From Candidatus Saccharimonadota bacterium (GTDB lineage Bacteria > Patescibacteriota > Gracilibacteria > UBA1369 > 2-02-FULL-48-14): a DNA stretch of 32,000 nt. The first letter of the stretch is position 1, and every line of letters starts with the position of its first letter. Below, piece by piece: positions 1 to 9,257 of the stretch. The translations under genes and the position numbers were made by a program. Below the pieces are notes generated by a model. The model saw nothing but the letters and a program-made list of their open reading frames with translations, was not told the origin of the DNA and searched no databases. Where the stretch lies: assembly GCA_965230905.1 (NCBI GenBank), contig OZ246396.1, positions 1,260,001-1,292,000 on the forward strand, read 5' to 3'.

Positions 1-1280
1 ATATCGACTTGGTGGACAACCAGCTCGAACAAATGCTCAATTCCGATGGACGTCGAGCGATCGAAATCGCCCTGCTGCCTTTGGCTCAAGAAGTTCCTAC
101 CACCAGCACCACTCTGCACATGACGGTGGTTCGTGGCGTGGTGAACCTGGTTTCTTCCGATTCAACTCGCAGCCAATACTACGACCGCCGAGTGGAATTT
201 TACATGCAAGAATTGGCAAAGGCGTGTACTGCTTTGGCAGCCAGAACAGTTCCTCCAGCCAAAACGCCCGTTGGCATCACCAAAAACGACGTTAAGAAGG
301 AAATCGATAAGCTTAAGGTCAAGGCGCAAGCCGAAGCGGTTGGCTACTGGAATACCGATCACCAAACTGCCACCGAAAAACTCATGCTCAGCGACCTCAC
401 TGGAACGTATAAGGAGACATGGAAAAAACCAACACAAATTGTGGCCAGCTACATGGCAAACAACTTCAAGTGGGAACAATACGGATTCATGCCTAGCCCA
501 GAGCGCAGCACTGAGATTATGAAGCTGTGGTACGAACATATTAAAAATGGAAATGCATTCCCAGCTCCCGTTGATGAGGCGAATACATACGCTCAATACT
601 TCATTTGGGAAGTGTATATCCGCTTTGGTGGAACTCACGATTACTCAATCGATCAACTCTACGAAAGCACCGCTTCCAGCGTGAGCGACAGCCGTTACCA
701 ATCTGGTATCACCGCGCTCAGGGCCAACCTCCTCGATTACGCTACTTGGAACTCTGCATCGACCAAACTCATTCGCCCAGACGTGCCCGACATGGAACCT
801 TCTGCCGAAGTTTACAAACAGTGGCTCGATAAACTTAAAGAGAACGCAAAAGAAAAATTCATGGACTGGTTCGACAAGAAGCAAAGCGTGGACGGAACCC
901 TCACGTTCAATGGAGACTGGCCACAAGTATTCCGCACCCATGTTCAACAGCGTCTAGAAGTAGTGGTGAATCCCGCTACCAACGTGAATGATCTGCAAGC
1001 AGACCTTGCTGAGTTTGCAAAATACGTGAGCGCAGAAAAGGCTATTTACCAGATGATCATCGATTCTGGCGTGGGCAACGACTATGAATTTGCCCGAGAC
1101 TATGTGAAACCGATCTTCGATACCTCTTGGCACGCTACGCCCCGCAAGGCCCCAGCCGTTTACGCTAAAGATCTCTTCGACTACTTTAATACGGGCGGCA
1201 AGGCAGGTACTGGATACGACCTCAACCAAACCACCCGCATTCAACAGCTCTGGGTTCAGGGTTGGAACACTATCCTCTAG
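1..1280 (+). CDS. hypothetical protein, probably 5'-truncated by the window edge (C-terminal 423+ aa)
   Basis: The ORF track gives 9..1280, and the same frame stays open back to position 3 (atc gac ttg gtg...). It is a long W/Y-rich soluble-looking sequence with no motif I recognise. Its TAG stop overlaps the stop of the convergent gene (CTAG at 1277-1280). Confidence 0.6.
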   Translation, partial: IDLVDNQLEQMLNSDGRRAIEIALLPLAQEVPTTSTTLHMTVVRGVVNLVSSDSTRSQYYDRRVEFYMQELAKACTALAARTVPPAKTPVGITKNDVKKEIDKLKVKAQAEAVGYWNTDHQTATEKLMLSDLTGTYKETWKKPTQIVASYMANNFKWEQYGFMPSPERSTEIMKLWYEHIKNGNAFPAPVDEANTYAQYFIWEVYIRFGGTHDYSIDQLYESTASSVSDSRYQSGITALRANLLDYATWNSASTKLIRPDVPDMEPSAEVYKQWLDKLKENAKEKFMDWFDKKQSVDGTLTFNGDWPQVFRTHVQQRLEVVVNPATNVNDLQADLAEFAKYVSAEKAIYQMIIDSGVGNDYEFARDYVKPIFDTSWHATPRKAPAVYAKDLFDYFNTGGKAGTGYDLNQTTRIQQLWVQGWNTIL

Positions 1281-1660
1281 TCTTCATCGGTCTGTTGAAG
1301 AACGCTTTCCTCACCTGGCAAAGGACAGCTGGTTTGTTCACTGAGGTCTTCCAAAGAAACTACGCCGTTTTTAACCGTTCCATCCGAGAATTTCCAGGTT
1401 GGGTAGCTCTTCACGCCTTCGTCATTACACAGGGCCGCCTGTGAATCTTTTCCATTGGGGTCACATTCCACGTAAGGCAAAAGATCCTTGGAGTCGCCAA
1501 AGAGCTTCTTTTGATCCGCACAGTGAGGGCACCAGAAAGCGCCGTAGAAAGTCGCATCGGCATCCGCAATACAGGTGGCAAAGTTGTCGTAGGTGGTGTC
1601 GCGTTCACATCCTAAAAGTAAAAGGGCGCTGAGTGCAATTAAGCTAAACTGTTTACGCAT
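1277..1660 (-). CDS. thioredoxin-fold thiol-disulfide oxidoreductase lipoprotein (VKOR-partner-type Trx domain)
   Basis: Signal peptide plus lipobox (ALLLLGC). It has the active site FYGAFWCPHC, followed by YVEC and SYPTWKF, the pattern of Trx-like domains fused to or partnered with bacterial VKOR homologues. Confidence 0.8.
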   Translation of the reverse strand: MRKQFSLIALSALLLLGCERDTTYDNFATCIADADATFYGAFWCPHCADQKKLFGDSKDLLPYVECDPNGKDSQAALCNDEGVKSYPTWKFSDGTVKNGVVSLEDLSEQTSCPLPGEESVLQQTDED

Positions 1661-1705
1661 GGCGTTGTGTTAAATTATTACGTTTACGAGCTTAGCGCTT
1701 TTTGG

Positions 1706-1734
1706 TTGCTCTTTCCATATAAAAAACCTAAAAT
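1706..1734 (+). promoter_or_regulatory. candidate sigma70-type promoter for tRNA-His (TTGCTC-17 nt-TAAAAT)
   Basis: TTGCTC at 1706-1711 and TAAAAT at 1729-1734 with a 17-nt spacer, about 30 nt upstream of the tRNA 5' end. Read by eye only. Confidence 0.3.
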
Positions 1735-1763
1735 GGGCGGGCTTTTACAGAAGTGGCTTACAT

Positions 1764-1841
1764 GGTGGATGTAGCTCAGTTGGTTAGAGCGCCAGGTTGT
1801 GGCCCTGGAGGTCGAGGGTTCGAGACCCTTCATTCACCCCA
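1764..1841 (+). tRNA. tRNA-His (anticodon GTG) with encoded G-1 and encoded CCA
   Basis: Cloverleaf read by hand. Acceptor stem is GTGGATG/CATTCAC. An extra 5' G at 1764 sits opposite discriminator C, the His identity element. D arm is GCTC-AGTTGGTTA-GAGC. Anticodon stem is CCAGG/CCTGG with loop TTGTGGC. T arm is GAGGG-TTCGAGA-CCCTT, and the 3' end is CCA. Confidence 0.95.
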
Positions 1842-1869
1842 TTATTATTGAGAACGTTTTGATATTCTT

Positions 1870-2538
1870 ATGAAAAAAGCTTTCCTTCTGGGTTTGAGCC
1901 TCAGCACAGCTTGTGAAGTTAAATCTGTTGATGTTCTACATGACAATGGAGCTTGGTCATGCGAGGAATTCCCTGGTTTCGATGAATGCATTCGGTGGGA
2001 GAATGGAGTAATCCCTGTTCATGTGGCTCGTTCCGAAAGTCCAACCTTTTCCGATATTGAGCTCGAAAGTCTGGTTGAGACTTCCGTCTCGAATTGGAAT
2101 GAACGGCTCGCTGAACTGGATTTAGACCTCCGTTTTAGCATTTCAGAACCATCTTCGGAAACCTGTTCGGAAATGGTGGAAAACGACGTACAAGGCGAAG
2201 AGACTAAAGAAGTTTCAGTTTGCGTTATGGACGATGGGCGTTTCCTGGGATATATGAACAAGCTTAAATATGGTAAAGGTGCAGGAACAGTCGCAGGTCA
2301 TACACCAATGATTGGCAATATTATTGGAGATCGTTATACCGGCGCCTATGTTTTTCTTAATTCAAAGCACCTAGGAAGCCAAGCATTAGCGGTGATTAAT
2401 CATGAGATGGGACACGTGCTAGGCTTGGGCCATAATACTACTGAAGGCTCTCTTATGGGAGAATACCTGCTAGAAAACACTAGCTCTGTGCCCACGAAGT
2501 GGGAGGATCAGGGCCTATTAGGAATCTATCGGGATTAG
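1870..2538 (+). CDS. matrixin-like (M10 family) zinc metalloprotease lipoprotein
   Basis: N-terminal lipobox (LSLSTAC). It carries the extended zinc motif HEMGHVLGLGH (HExxHxxGxxH), followed by a downstream SLMG that could be the Met-turn. Confidence 0.8.
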   Translation: MKKAFLLGLSLSTACEVKSVDVLHDNGAWSCEEFPGFDECIRWENGVIPVHVARSESPTFSDIELESLVETSVSNWNERLAELDLDLRFSISEPSSETCSEMVENDVQGEETKEVSVCVMDDGRFLGYMNKLKYGKGAGTVAGHTPMIGNIIGDRYTGAYVFLNSKHLGSQALAVINHEMGHVLGLGHNTTEGSLMGEYLLENTSSVPTKWEDQGLLGIYRD

Positions 2539-2541
2539 CGC

Positions 2542-4344
2542 TTACCCCTTAGACCCAAAGCGCTTTCGGTCTTGTTCCGTGAGGTACTTCTTACGGAGAC
2601 GGATGTTTTTGGGAGTGATTTCCACGTATTCGTCGTCCTTGATGTACTCAATAGCTTTTTCCAAGGTCATTTCGGAGATTGGAGTGAGCGTGAGGGCTTC
2701 GTCGGAACCGGAGGCACGTACGTTGGTGAGTTTTTTGTTCTTGGTCACGTTCACCACAATGTCCGTTCCTTGGTTGTGTTCTCCGATGATCATCCCTTCG
2801 TACACTTCCACTTGAGGAATGATGAAGAAAGGACCACGTTCCTGGAGCTTCCAGATTGAGTAAGCCATGGCGGTTCCGGGTTCTCCAGAAATCATAGATC
2901 CTACCGTTCGTTTGTCGATGGTTCCCTTGTGAGGGCCAAAGTGATCAAAGGAGTGGAAAATCGTTCCTTCCCCGCTGGTCATGATAAGGAAGTGAGAACG
3001 GAACCCGAGGAGCCCACGAGTTGGGATTTCAAATTCGAGCAAGGTGTTTCCATTTTCAGATTTCATATTGGTCATTTCTCCCTTTCGTTTACCCATGGCT
3101 TCGATCACTTTTCCTGCATCGGCATCGGGCACGTTGATCACGGCCATTTCATAAGGCTCCATCTTCTTTCCATCGATTTCTTGCATGATTACTTTAGGCT
3201 GAGAGATTTGAAGCTCGTAGCCTTCACGTCGCATGGTTTCAATGAGTACGGCGATTTGCATTTCTCCACGTCCGTACACCATGATGGTGTCACTGTCTTG
3301 AACTCCTTCAATCTTAAGACCTACGTTGGTTTCAAGTTCTCGCTCGAGACGTTCACGGATGTGACGGCTGGTCACGAACTTACCTTCCTTCCCCGCAAAC
3401 GGAGAGTTGTTCACCAAGAATTCAATAGAAATTGCGGGAGGATCGATCTTAATAGAAGGCAATGCTTCTGCATTTTCATCGGTTGAAATGGTTTCCCCCA
3501 CGTCGATGTCGGCAATTCCGGCCACCGCCACGAGGTCTCCTGCAAATACTTCCGGCACTTCCACTTTAGCCATTCCCTGATAGGTGAAGAGCTTAGAGGC
3601 ACGAGCGCTTCGTTTGTTGCCTTCCATATCGGTGATATAGAGCATCTTTCCTGTTTGAAGTTTTCCTTCGTAGACACGTCCCACGGCAATACGTCCAAGG
3701 AAGTTGTCGTACGCGAGCGTTGCTGGCTGCATGCGGAAAGCTTTCTCGGTGTCGTGTTCGGCAGGCTTCACGTGTTCCACAATGAATTCAAGAAGCGGAG
3801 TGATGTCTTTCTTTTCGTCGGTGAGTTTTCGAATAGCCACTCCTTCACGAGCAATCGCGTAGATATAAGGGAAATCGAGCTGCTCATCGCTGGCCCCAAG
3901 GGACACGAAGAGGTCGAAAATTTCATTGAGCACTTGGTCTGGACGAGCGGTTGGCTTGTCGATTTTGTTGATTACTACGAGCACTTTAAGGCCGAGTTCC
4001 AGAGATTTTCGGAGTACAAACTTGGTTTGAGGCATAGGACCTTCGTACGCATCCACCACGAGAACCGTGGCGTCTACCGTTCGAAGAATACGTTCCACTT
4101 CGGATCCGAAATCCGCGTGCCCAGGAGTGTCCACGATGTTGATTTTGTTTCCTTTGTAGTGAATGGCCGCGTTTTTTGCATAAATCGTAATTCCACGTTC
4201 CTTTTCTTGATCGTTTGAGTCCATCACGCAAATTTCCACGGCTTCGTGAGCTTGAAAGGCTCCTCCAGCTTTAAGAAGAGCATCCACGAGGGTGGTTTTC
4301 CCGTGATCTACGTGGGCGATGATGGCGATGTTTCGGATATCCAT
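2542..4344 (-). CDS. typA: translational GTPase TypA/BipA
   Basis: 600 aa. G1 motif [10 protein letters not shown]3 motif DTPGH and G4 motif NKID are present. EF-G-like domain order and the characteristic C-terminal region (YEGMIIGEH...[10 protein letters not shown]) follow. Confidence 0.97.
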   Translation of the reverse strand: MDIRNIAIIAHVDHGKTTLVDALLKAGGAFQAHEAVEICVMDSNDQEKERGITIYAKNAAIHYKGNKINIVDTPGHADFGSEVERILRTVDATVLVVDAYEGPMPQTKFVLRKSLELGLKVLVVINKIDKPTARPDQVLNEIFDLFVSLGASDEQLDFPYIYAIAREGVAIRKLTDEKKDITPLLEFIVEHVKPAEHDTEKAFRMQPATLAYDNFLGRIAVGRVYEGKLQTGKMLYITDMEGNKRSARASKLFTYQGMAKVEVPEVFAGDLVAVAGIADIDVGETISTDENAEALPSIKIDPPAISIEFLVNNSPFAGKEGKFVTSRHIRERLERELETNVGLKIEGVQDSDTIMVYGRGEMQIAVLIETMRREGYELQISQPKVIMQEIDGKKMEPYEMAVINVPDADAGKVIEAMGKRKGEMTNMKSENGNTLLEFEIPTRGLLGFRSHFLIMTSGEGTIFHSFDHFGPHKGTIDKRTVGSMISGEPGTAMAYSIWKLQERGPFFIIPQVEVYEGMIIGEHNQGTDIVVNVTKNKKLTNVRASGSDEALTLTPISEMTLEKAIEYIKDDEYVEITPKNIRLRKKYLTEQDRKRFGSKG

Positions 4345-4438
4345 TTTTTATAGCGAGCCGCGGCGCGGCCAATTAGCGGAGTGATTCTACAGGAGAAAAT
4401 AAGATTGGCAAGAGGAAAGAATCGCGTAGAGTGTATTC

Positions 4439-5998
4439 ATGCACAAACGCCGCAGAAAACTCCGCACTGGCTTGATTCTTTCTTTGGCAGCGTTAGTGAC
4501 CGTAATTTGGAGCGGCAAAAAAGTAGTGGAATTTTCGCAGGAACCGCAGGGCGACAAGGATTGTGACTTCATTTATTACCGTGAAAGCGATGGGACAAAA
4601 GTGACTCAGATTGAGGTGAAATATGAGGGCGAAGTGATCAATGACGCAAGTTGCTTAAACCAAACGCCCATTTATGGAGTGGTGACGGTGAAAAGCGAAG
4701 AGGACATTCGAAATGCGCTCGCTTTTGCGCGTGAGAATGACCTGAAAATTTCCTTGGCGGGACAGCAGCACAGCATGGGTGGTCAAACGTTCACGCGCGG
4801 CGGATTGGTGCTTGATATGAAGGAGTACAAGGAGCTTTCATTGGATAAAGAGGCGAAACTGCTAACGGCAGAGGCCGGGGCCACGTGGGCGGACATTCAG
4901 GAGCTGCTCGACGGCGAAGGACTTTCCGTCAAAGCCATGCAATCCATCAATATTTTTACCGTGGGCGGCACGCTGAGTGTGAACGCACATGGCATTGCGC
5001 ATGATCCGGGTCAGGTGGGATTCAGTGTAAAAAATGCGCGGGTGCTTTTGCCCAGCGGCGAGATTGTGAATTGCGGCCCGACGGAAAATACTGAACTCTT
5101 TAGTAAGATACTGGGCGGCTACGGGCTCTTTGGAATTATTTTGGATGCAGAGCTGGAGCTGGTGGAAAACGCCGAGCTGAGTCACGAGCGTGAATACATG
5201 GACTACAAGGATTTTCCCAACTGGTATGCGAAAAACATTGAGGAAAATGAAGAGGTGAATTTATTTTATGCGCGGCTTTCCATGTCTCCGTTTTCGTATT
5301 TGGAAGAAACCGCTGCTCACAGTTTTAAAACGCTGCCCGGTGAAGCGCCGGAAGCCCTGGTGACGGAGAAGGCATACACGGGATTTATGCGTTTCATTAT
5401 CAATTTTTCGAAGACCGGCGGCGTGGGGCGCTGGCTACGCTGGACCCTGGAAAAAAACTTGGAGCCGGTGCTGAATTGCAGCCGTAACAATGCCATGAGC
5501 CAGGCGGACGAGGTGTGCAGAACCACCCGGAACCAAAGCATGTACGACTCCATGCAGTATTTGAAAAACAAACTACCGGACACGGATATTTTGCAGGAAT
5601 ATTTTGTGGAGCCGGAGCACTTTGTGGAGTTTGTGGATGGACTGAGGAAAATTGTAAAAAAGAATGATGCCAATTTACTCAATGTCACCATTCGCATAGT
5701 GCATGCCGATGCTCTGAGTACCTTGGCCTACGCCCCCACAGACCGTTTTGCGCTCGTACTTTATTTCAACCAAAAACTCAATGTGGAAGAAAGTGCGGTG
5801 GTGGAGAAGACCACGGTCGAGCTGATTGATTTAACGGAAAGCTTGGGTGGAAGTTTTTACCTTCCCTATCAGTTGTATTATTCAAAAGAGCAGCTGCGAG
5901 CGGCGTACCCCGAGATCGACGACTTCTTTGCGAAAAAACTGCTCAGCGACCCCGAAGAGATTCTCAGCAACAAGTGGTATGAGAAATACTCAAAATAG
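4439..5998 (+). CDS. membrane-anchored FAD-binding oxidase (PCMH/VAO family, cytokinin-dehydrogenase-like clade)
   Basis: N-terminal basic stretch plus one TM helix (LILSLAALVTVIW). FAD_binding_4-type motifs: LAGQQHSMGGQTF, FTVGGTLSVNAHG and ELFSKILGGYGLFGII. Confidence 0.85.
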   Translation: MHKRRRKLRTGLILSLAALVTVIWSGKKVVEFSQEPQGDKDCDFIYYRESDGTKVTQIEVKYEGEVINDASCLNQTPIYGVVTVKSEEDIRNALAFARENDLKISLAGQQHSMGGQTFTRGGLVLDMKEYKELSLDKEAKLLTAEAGATWADIQELLDGEGLSVKAMQSINIFTVGGTLSVNAHGIAHDPGQVGFSVKNARVLLPSGEIVNCGPTENTELFSKILGGYGLFGIILDAELELVENAELSHEREYMDYKDFPNWYAKNIEENEEVNLFYARLSMSPFSYLEETAAHSFKTLPGEAPEALVTEKAYTGFMRFIINFSKTGGVGRWLRWTLEKNLEPVLNCSRNNAMSQADEVCRTTRNQSMYDSMQYLKNKLPDTDILQEYFVEPEHFVEFVDGLRKIVKKNDANLLNVTIRIVHADALSTLAYAPTDRFALVLYFNQKLNVEESAVVEKTTVELIDLTESLGGSFYLPYQLYYSKEQLRAAYPEIDDFFAKKLLSDPEEILSNKWYEKYSK

Positions 5999-6003
5999 AC
6001 TTC

Positions 6004-6876
6004 TTATTTAGCCAGAGTCAACGCCGCGGAGCGGCGGACATGAGGTGGAACCACTCTAGGCTCAGGTGGGGCATAAAAACTGCGTAGAACGGCTTCAACC
6101 TGCTGACTGCTTATGGAAAAGAAACTCGCCACTTGTGCATCCGTGGGGAGTTCTCTTGGAGAAAGTAAGGTACAGCGGTGAATGTTTATGCGGCAGCGAC
6201 CCAGGCCTCGTTCTTTGTTCAGACGGGGGCTGAGTACCGTGTTCACCATTGAGAAACGAAGTGCCCCTTTTACCCCCATTTCGGTTTCCACTAAGGCCCG
6301 AAAAAGTATTTCATAAAAATCGTAGGGGGGCGCACTTAGCGTACTTGAAGGAGCGTCGACTAAGGGCAGGCTGAGCGTGATTTTTTTCTTCGCAAGATCC
6401 ACTTTATAAGGTCCATTCATGGCCATTCTTTCTTTTATTTCGGCTTCCATGTCAGGAATGAATTGTTCATCACGGAGGGCGCAAGTATTGAAGGCGGCCT
6501 GAGCCACCAAAGGGAGCGCTGGATCCTGCTTTTGAAGGATCAGATCCACATCCTTCTCAAATAGATAAGCACGGCTTGAGAATGCCCGGACCTCCCAAGA
6601 ACCTTCTACGGTTTCACTAGAGTAAGACCCGGGGACGCTGCGGATCCATAAACTGTGCTGCCCCAAGCGATTCTCCATTTGAGCTGGGTCCATCCAAGGA
6701 ACCGCTAGACTGATCCATTCAATGGGACCACTGAATCCCAACCTTGCTCGCAGCACTGCCCTGGCATTTGAGGATAGATTTTTCATGTGTGCAAAAACCT
6801 CTTCCGGAAAGTCGGGTTCAACTTCAGGTGGCGTCACTGGCCCTAAAATCAGTTCATCTAGTTCTGCTTCCGTCAT
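6004..6876 (-). CDS. hypothetical protein (about 290 aa)
   Basis: The track ORF is 6004..7035, but its first 53 codons overlap the 3' end of the upstream CPBP gene. I place the start at the internal ATG at 6876 (MTEAELDELILGP...). No recognisable domain. Confidence 0.6.
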   Translation of the reverse strand: MTEAELDELILGPVTPPEVEPDFPEEVFAHMKNLSSNARAVLRARLGFSGPIEWISLAVPWMDPAQMENRLGQHSLWIRSVPGSYSSETVEGSWEVRAFSSRAYLFEKDVDLILQKQDPALPLVAQAAFNTCALRDEQFIPDMEAEIKERMAMNGPYKVDLAKKKITLSLPLVDAPSSTLSAPPYDFYEILFRALVETEMGVKGALRFSMVNTVLSPRLNKERGLGRCRINIHRCTLLSPRELPTDAQVASFFSISSQQVEAVLRSFYAPPEPRVVPPHVRRSAALTLAK

Positions 6877-6932
6877 CCTTCGTTTGATAGTAGCACGTAT
6901 TATAAAAGATAAGCCGTATATGTCAACAAAGC

Positions 6933-7598
6933 TTACAACAGAATCGTGTAGCCTATCACCATCAGCACTGCGTCCACAAAAATGTGGCTGATGTAAGAGG
7001 GCCAGAGGGTTTGGTATTTTTTGTAGAGTGCGCACCAGATGAAGCCGGCCACACCCACGGCGGTTCCAAAGAGCAGCGTGAGCGGAAGTGAGAAAAATTC
7101 GGAGAGCACAAAATAATGATGTCCGGCAAAAGCGGCGCTGCCCAGGAGAGCGGCGGGGATCCAGTTCATTTTAAGCATGAGTCCGCGGAAAACGAACCAG
7201 CGCCAGTAGTATTCTTCCAAAAGTGAATGCAGAAGGCTGAAGAAAATGGCGAAGAGAATATAAAAGGCTGGGGTTAGTAAGCCGAACGCGGCGGCTTTTT
7301 CGGTAACCACCGCGGTGAGGGTGGAAAGATCCATGAAACTGAGCACGAGTCCGATGAGAGAAAGCTCTAGAATTCCCAGGAGGATTCCAACCCAAAGGCC
7401 ACCCTTGGATTGCCATGCGGTGAAGTGCTTGCGAATGGAGGGGAGCCAAAGCAAAGGCCAAAGCACCAGCAAGATTTTGGTGGCGGTATAAATCCACTGA
7501 GAGAAGCCGGAATCCCACAAAAAGTAGAGCGCGGCACCAATCATTTGAAAGCCGAGCGCTGGCAAGACCCCGAAGTAAAAAAACTTTTTAACTGACAT
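6933..7598 (-). CDS. CPBP family intramembrane glutamic endopeptidase (CAAX protease/Abi family)
   Basis: Polytopic membrane protein carrying the three family motifs: EEYYWRWFVFRG (EExxxR), FAGHH (FxxxH) and SHIFVDA (HxxxD/N). Confidence 0.85.
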   Translation of the reverse strand: MSVKKFFYFGVLPALGFQMIGAALYFLWDSGFSQWIYTATKILLVLWPLLWLPSIRKHFTAWQSKGGLWVGILLGILELSLIGLVLSFMDLSTLTAVVTEKAAAFGLLTPAFYILFAIFFSLLHSLLEEYYWRWFVFRGLMLKMNWIPAALLGSAAFAGHHYFVLSEFFSLPLTLLFGTAVGVAGFIWCALYKKYQTLWPSYISHIFVDAVLMVIGYTILL

Positions 7599-7641
7599 TG
7601 GCTACAGAGTATGGTAATGTGCAAGTTCTAACAAGCCGCAT

Positions 7642-7824
7642 ATGAACATGAACTTGGCCGTTGCTCTAGAAAAACTCCCCGCCCTTAGAGAAGTTCCTTC
7701 TGCCGCTCAAGTCCTTAAAGCTCCTGATGGAACCCGTTGGGGTGGACCAATCAAAGATGGAGAATGGGAACTCGTGAAAGTAGGTCCGAACGAATTTCGA
7801 GCTCTCGTCACCACAAACAGTTAA
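7642..7824 (+). CDS. small hypothetical protein (60 aa)
   Basis: ATG-initiated ORF that exactly fills the gap between two minus-strand genes. No recognisable motif, so coding status is uncertain. Confidence 0.35.
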   Translation: MNMNLAVALEKLPALREVPSAAQVLKAPDGTRWGGPIKDGEWELVKVGPNEFRALVTTNS

Positions 7825-7826
7825 GT

Positions 7827-8534
7827 TTACAGTCCGAGCGGTTTCCCGGTTTCTGAGTTGAGGTAAGGCGTCATCTTGCGCACCTTTTTTCCGTATTCGA
7901 GCCAGTTGTGGCATTCCTTTCCACCGGTTTCATCAAAATGCTTTTTGGCCTTTTTGATCACCTTTACGGCTTGTTTCCAGTTGTCTACCACCGCAATGAA
8001 ATGGAGGTCTTTTGGGTCCATGAGTTTGCTGTGAACCGGGTAGTCGATCACCCATTCAATGAGCTTGCGCCACATTTTTCCCACCACAATCACGGGCATT
8101 CCGCAGACGTGCTTCACTTGGAGCAACTGCCAGGTATAGAAAAGTTCCAAACAGGTTCCAATTCCCCCGGGCATCACGACCACGGCATTGGAAAGCAGCA
8201 TGAATTCATCGAGGCGAGTTGAAAACACCTCGTGGTTGTCCAGGAATTCGAGCCCTTCATTGGGTTTTTGTTCAAAAGGCAGCACAATATTGAGTCCAAT
8301 GGAGTGCGCTTTGTTTTTGGTGTCCCCGGCGGTGTGCCCCAAGCTGGCGGCTTCCATAAGCCCCGGGCCTCCCCCTGTAATAAGGTCAATCCCCAAGCCT
8401 CCTATGGTTTTCGCTAAATTGTAAGTGTCTTGATAGGTGGGATCTTCCGGTTGAATGCGGGCAGAACCAAATATTGAGACGCGGAACTCATTGGTTTTGA
8501 GCTCGTCTGCAATACGGAAGTCTTTTGGAGTCAT
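7827..8534 (-). CDS. LOG family protein (TIGR00730 Rossmann fold; putative cytokinin/nucleotide riboside 5'-monophosphate phosphoribohydrolase)
   Basis: Family motifs GGGPGLMEA and MPGGIGTCLELF (PGGxGTxxE) are present. Confidence 0.9.
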   Translation of the reverse strand: MTPKDFRIADELKTNEFRVSIFGSARIQPEDPTYQDTYNLAKTIGGLGIDLITGGGPGLMEAASLGHTAGDTKNKAHSIGLNIVLPFEQKPNEGLEFLDNHEVFSTRLDEFMLLSNAVVVMPGGIGTCLELFYTWQLLQVKHVCGMPVIVVGKMWRKLIEWVIDYPVHSKLMDPKDLHFIAVVDNWKQAVKVIKKAKKHFDETGGKECHNWLEYGKKVRKMTPYLNSETGKPLGL

Positions 8535-8612
8535 TATGGCGTTGTTTAATCACTTTATTATAGCAAATATTAAGGAGAAATGCTACCCTAAGTCCAGCCT
8601 ATCCACTCGCCT

Positions 8613-9257
8613 ATGAAATTGTTCCTCGATACCGCTGATTTGAAGCAAATTAAGGAAATCGCTTCTTGGGGGATTTTGGATGGGATCACGACGAATCCGA
8701 CGCTTTTGGCGAAAGAGGGCAAAGTGGACCCAAAAAAACACCTTCAGGCGATTTGCCGCGTGGTGAGTGGGCCTGTGAGCATGGAGGTTTTTGCGACGAA
8801 TTATGAAGGAATGCTGAAGGAGGGGCGCGAGTACGCCACTTGGGCGGAGAACATTGTGGTGAAAGTGCCGATGACGCCGGATGGACTCCGGGCGGTGGCG
8901 ACACTGAAAGCCGAGGGAATTCCCACGAATGTGACGCTGATTTTTTCGGCGAATCAAGCTTTGCTTGCGGCGAAGGCCGGGGCGGCGATGGTGAGTCCTT
9001 TTATTGGACGATTGGACGAAGCCGGTGAAGACGGACTGACGCTGGTGCAGGAAATCACGGAAATATTTTTCAATTATGGATTTGAGACCGAAGTTTTGGT
9101 GGCCAGCGTGCGCGGGCCACGGCATGTGACGGAATCGGCACGGATGGGCGCGCATATTGCGACCCTCCCCTACGAAATCTTTAAGAAACTCGTCTACCAT
9201 CCTTTAACCGACATCGGTCTGGAGAAATTTTTGGCCGATTGGAAAAACCGCAAATGA
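8613..9257 (+). CDS. tal: transaldolase, short type 3B (FSA-like fold)
   Basis: 214 aa. Sequence reads MKLFLDTADLKQIKE...GITTNPTL...VVKVPMT (Schiff-base Lys context)...SPFIGRLDE. Its TGA stop overlaps the pgi ATG (ATGA at 9254-9257). Confidence 0.93.
   Translation: MKLFLDTADLKQIKEIASWGILDGITTNPTLLAKEGKVDPKKHLQAICRVVSGPVSMEVFATNYEGMLKEGREYATWAENIVVKVPMTPDGLRAVATLKAEGIPTNVTLIFSANQALLAAKAGAAMVSPFIGRLDEAGEDGLTLVQEITEIFFNYGFETEVLVASVRGPRHVTESARMGAHIATLPYEIFKKLVYHPLTDIGLEKFLADWKNRK

Noticed and set aside
2929-4218. Plus-strand ORFs of 185 and 187 aa antisense to typA
   Set aside because: Both are nested in the strongly supported typA gene and have no recognisable motifs. They are frame-shadow ORFs.
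4357-4369. GC-only palindrome GCCGCG-G-CGCGGC in the typA / FAD-oxidase divergent region
   Set aside because: Six-bp arms are expected several times by chance in 32 kb. There is no supporting context.
6877-7035. N-terminal 53 codons of the 343-aa track ORF, overlapping the CPBP protease gene by 103 nt
   Set aside because: Such a long same-strand overlap is unlikely. An in-frame ATG at 6876 gives a clean 56-nt intergenic gap. The extension's sequence (..HQPHFCGRSADGDRLH..) looks like out-of-frame read-through of the CPBP gene's 3' end.
8571-8593. Strong AAGGAG followed by a 3-codon mini-ORF (ATG CTA CCC TAA) upstream of tal; a second TAAGGAGGG lies near 23672
   Set aside because: The spacing to the ATG is only 2-3 nt and the ORF is trivially short. 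The genome otherwise shows no SD usage. These are most likely chance purine runs rather than leader peptides.
8583-9200. 205-aa minus-strand ORF antisense to tal
   Set aside because: Same reasoning as above. The product is an R/H-rich nonsense-like sequence fully nested in a well-supported transaldolase gene.
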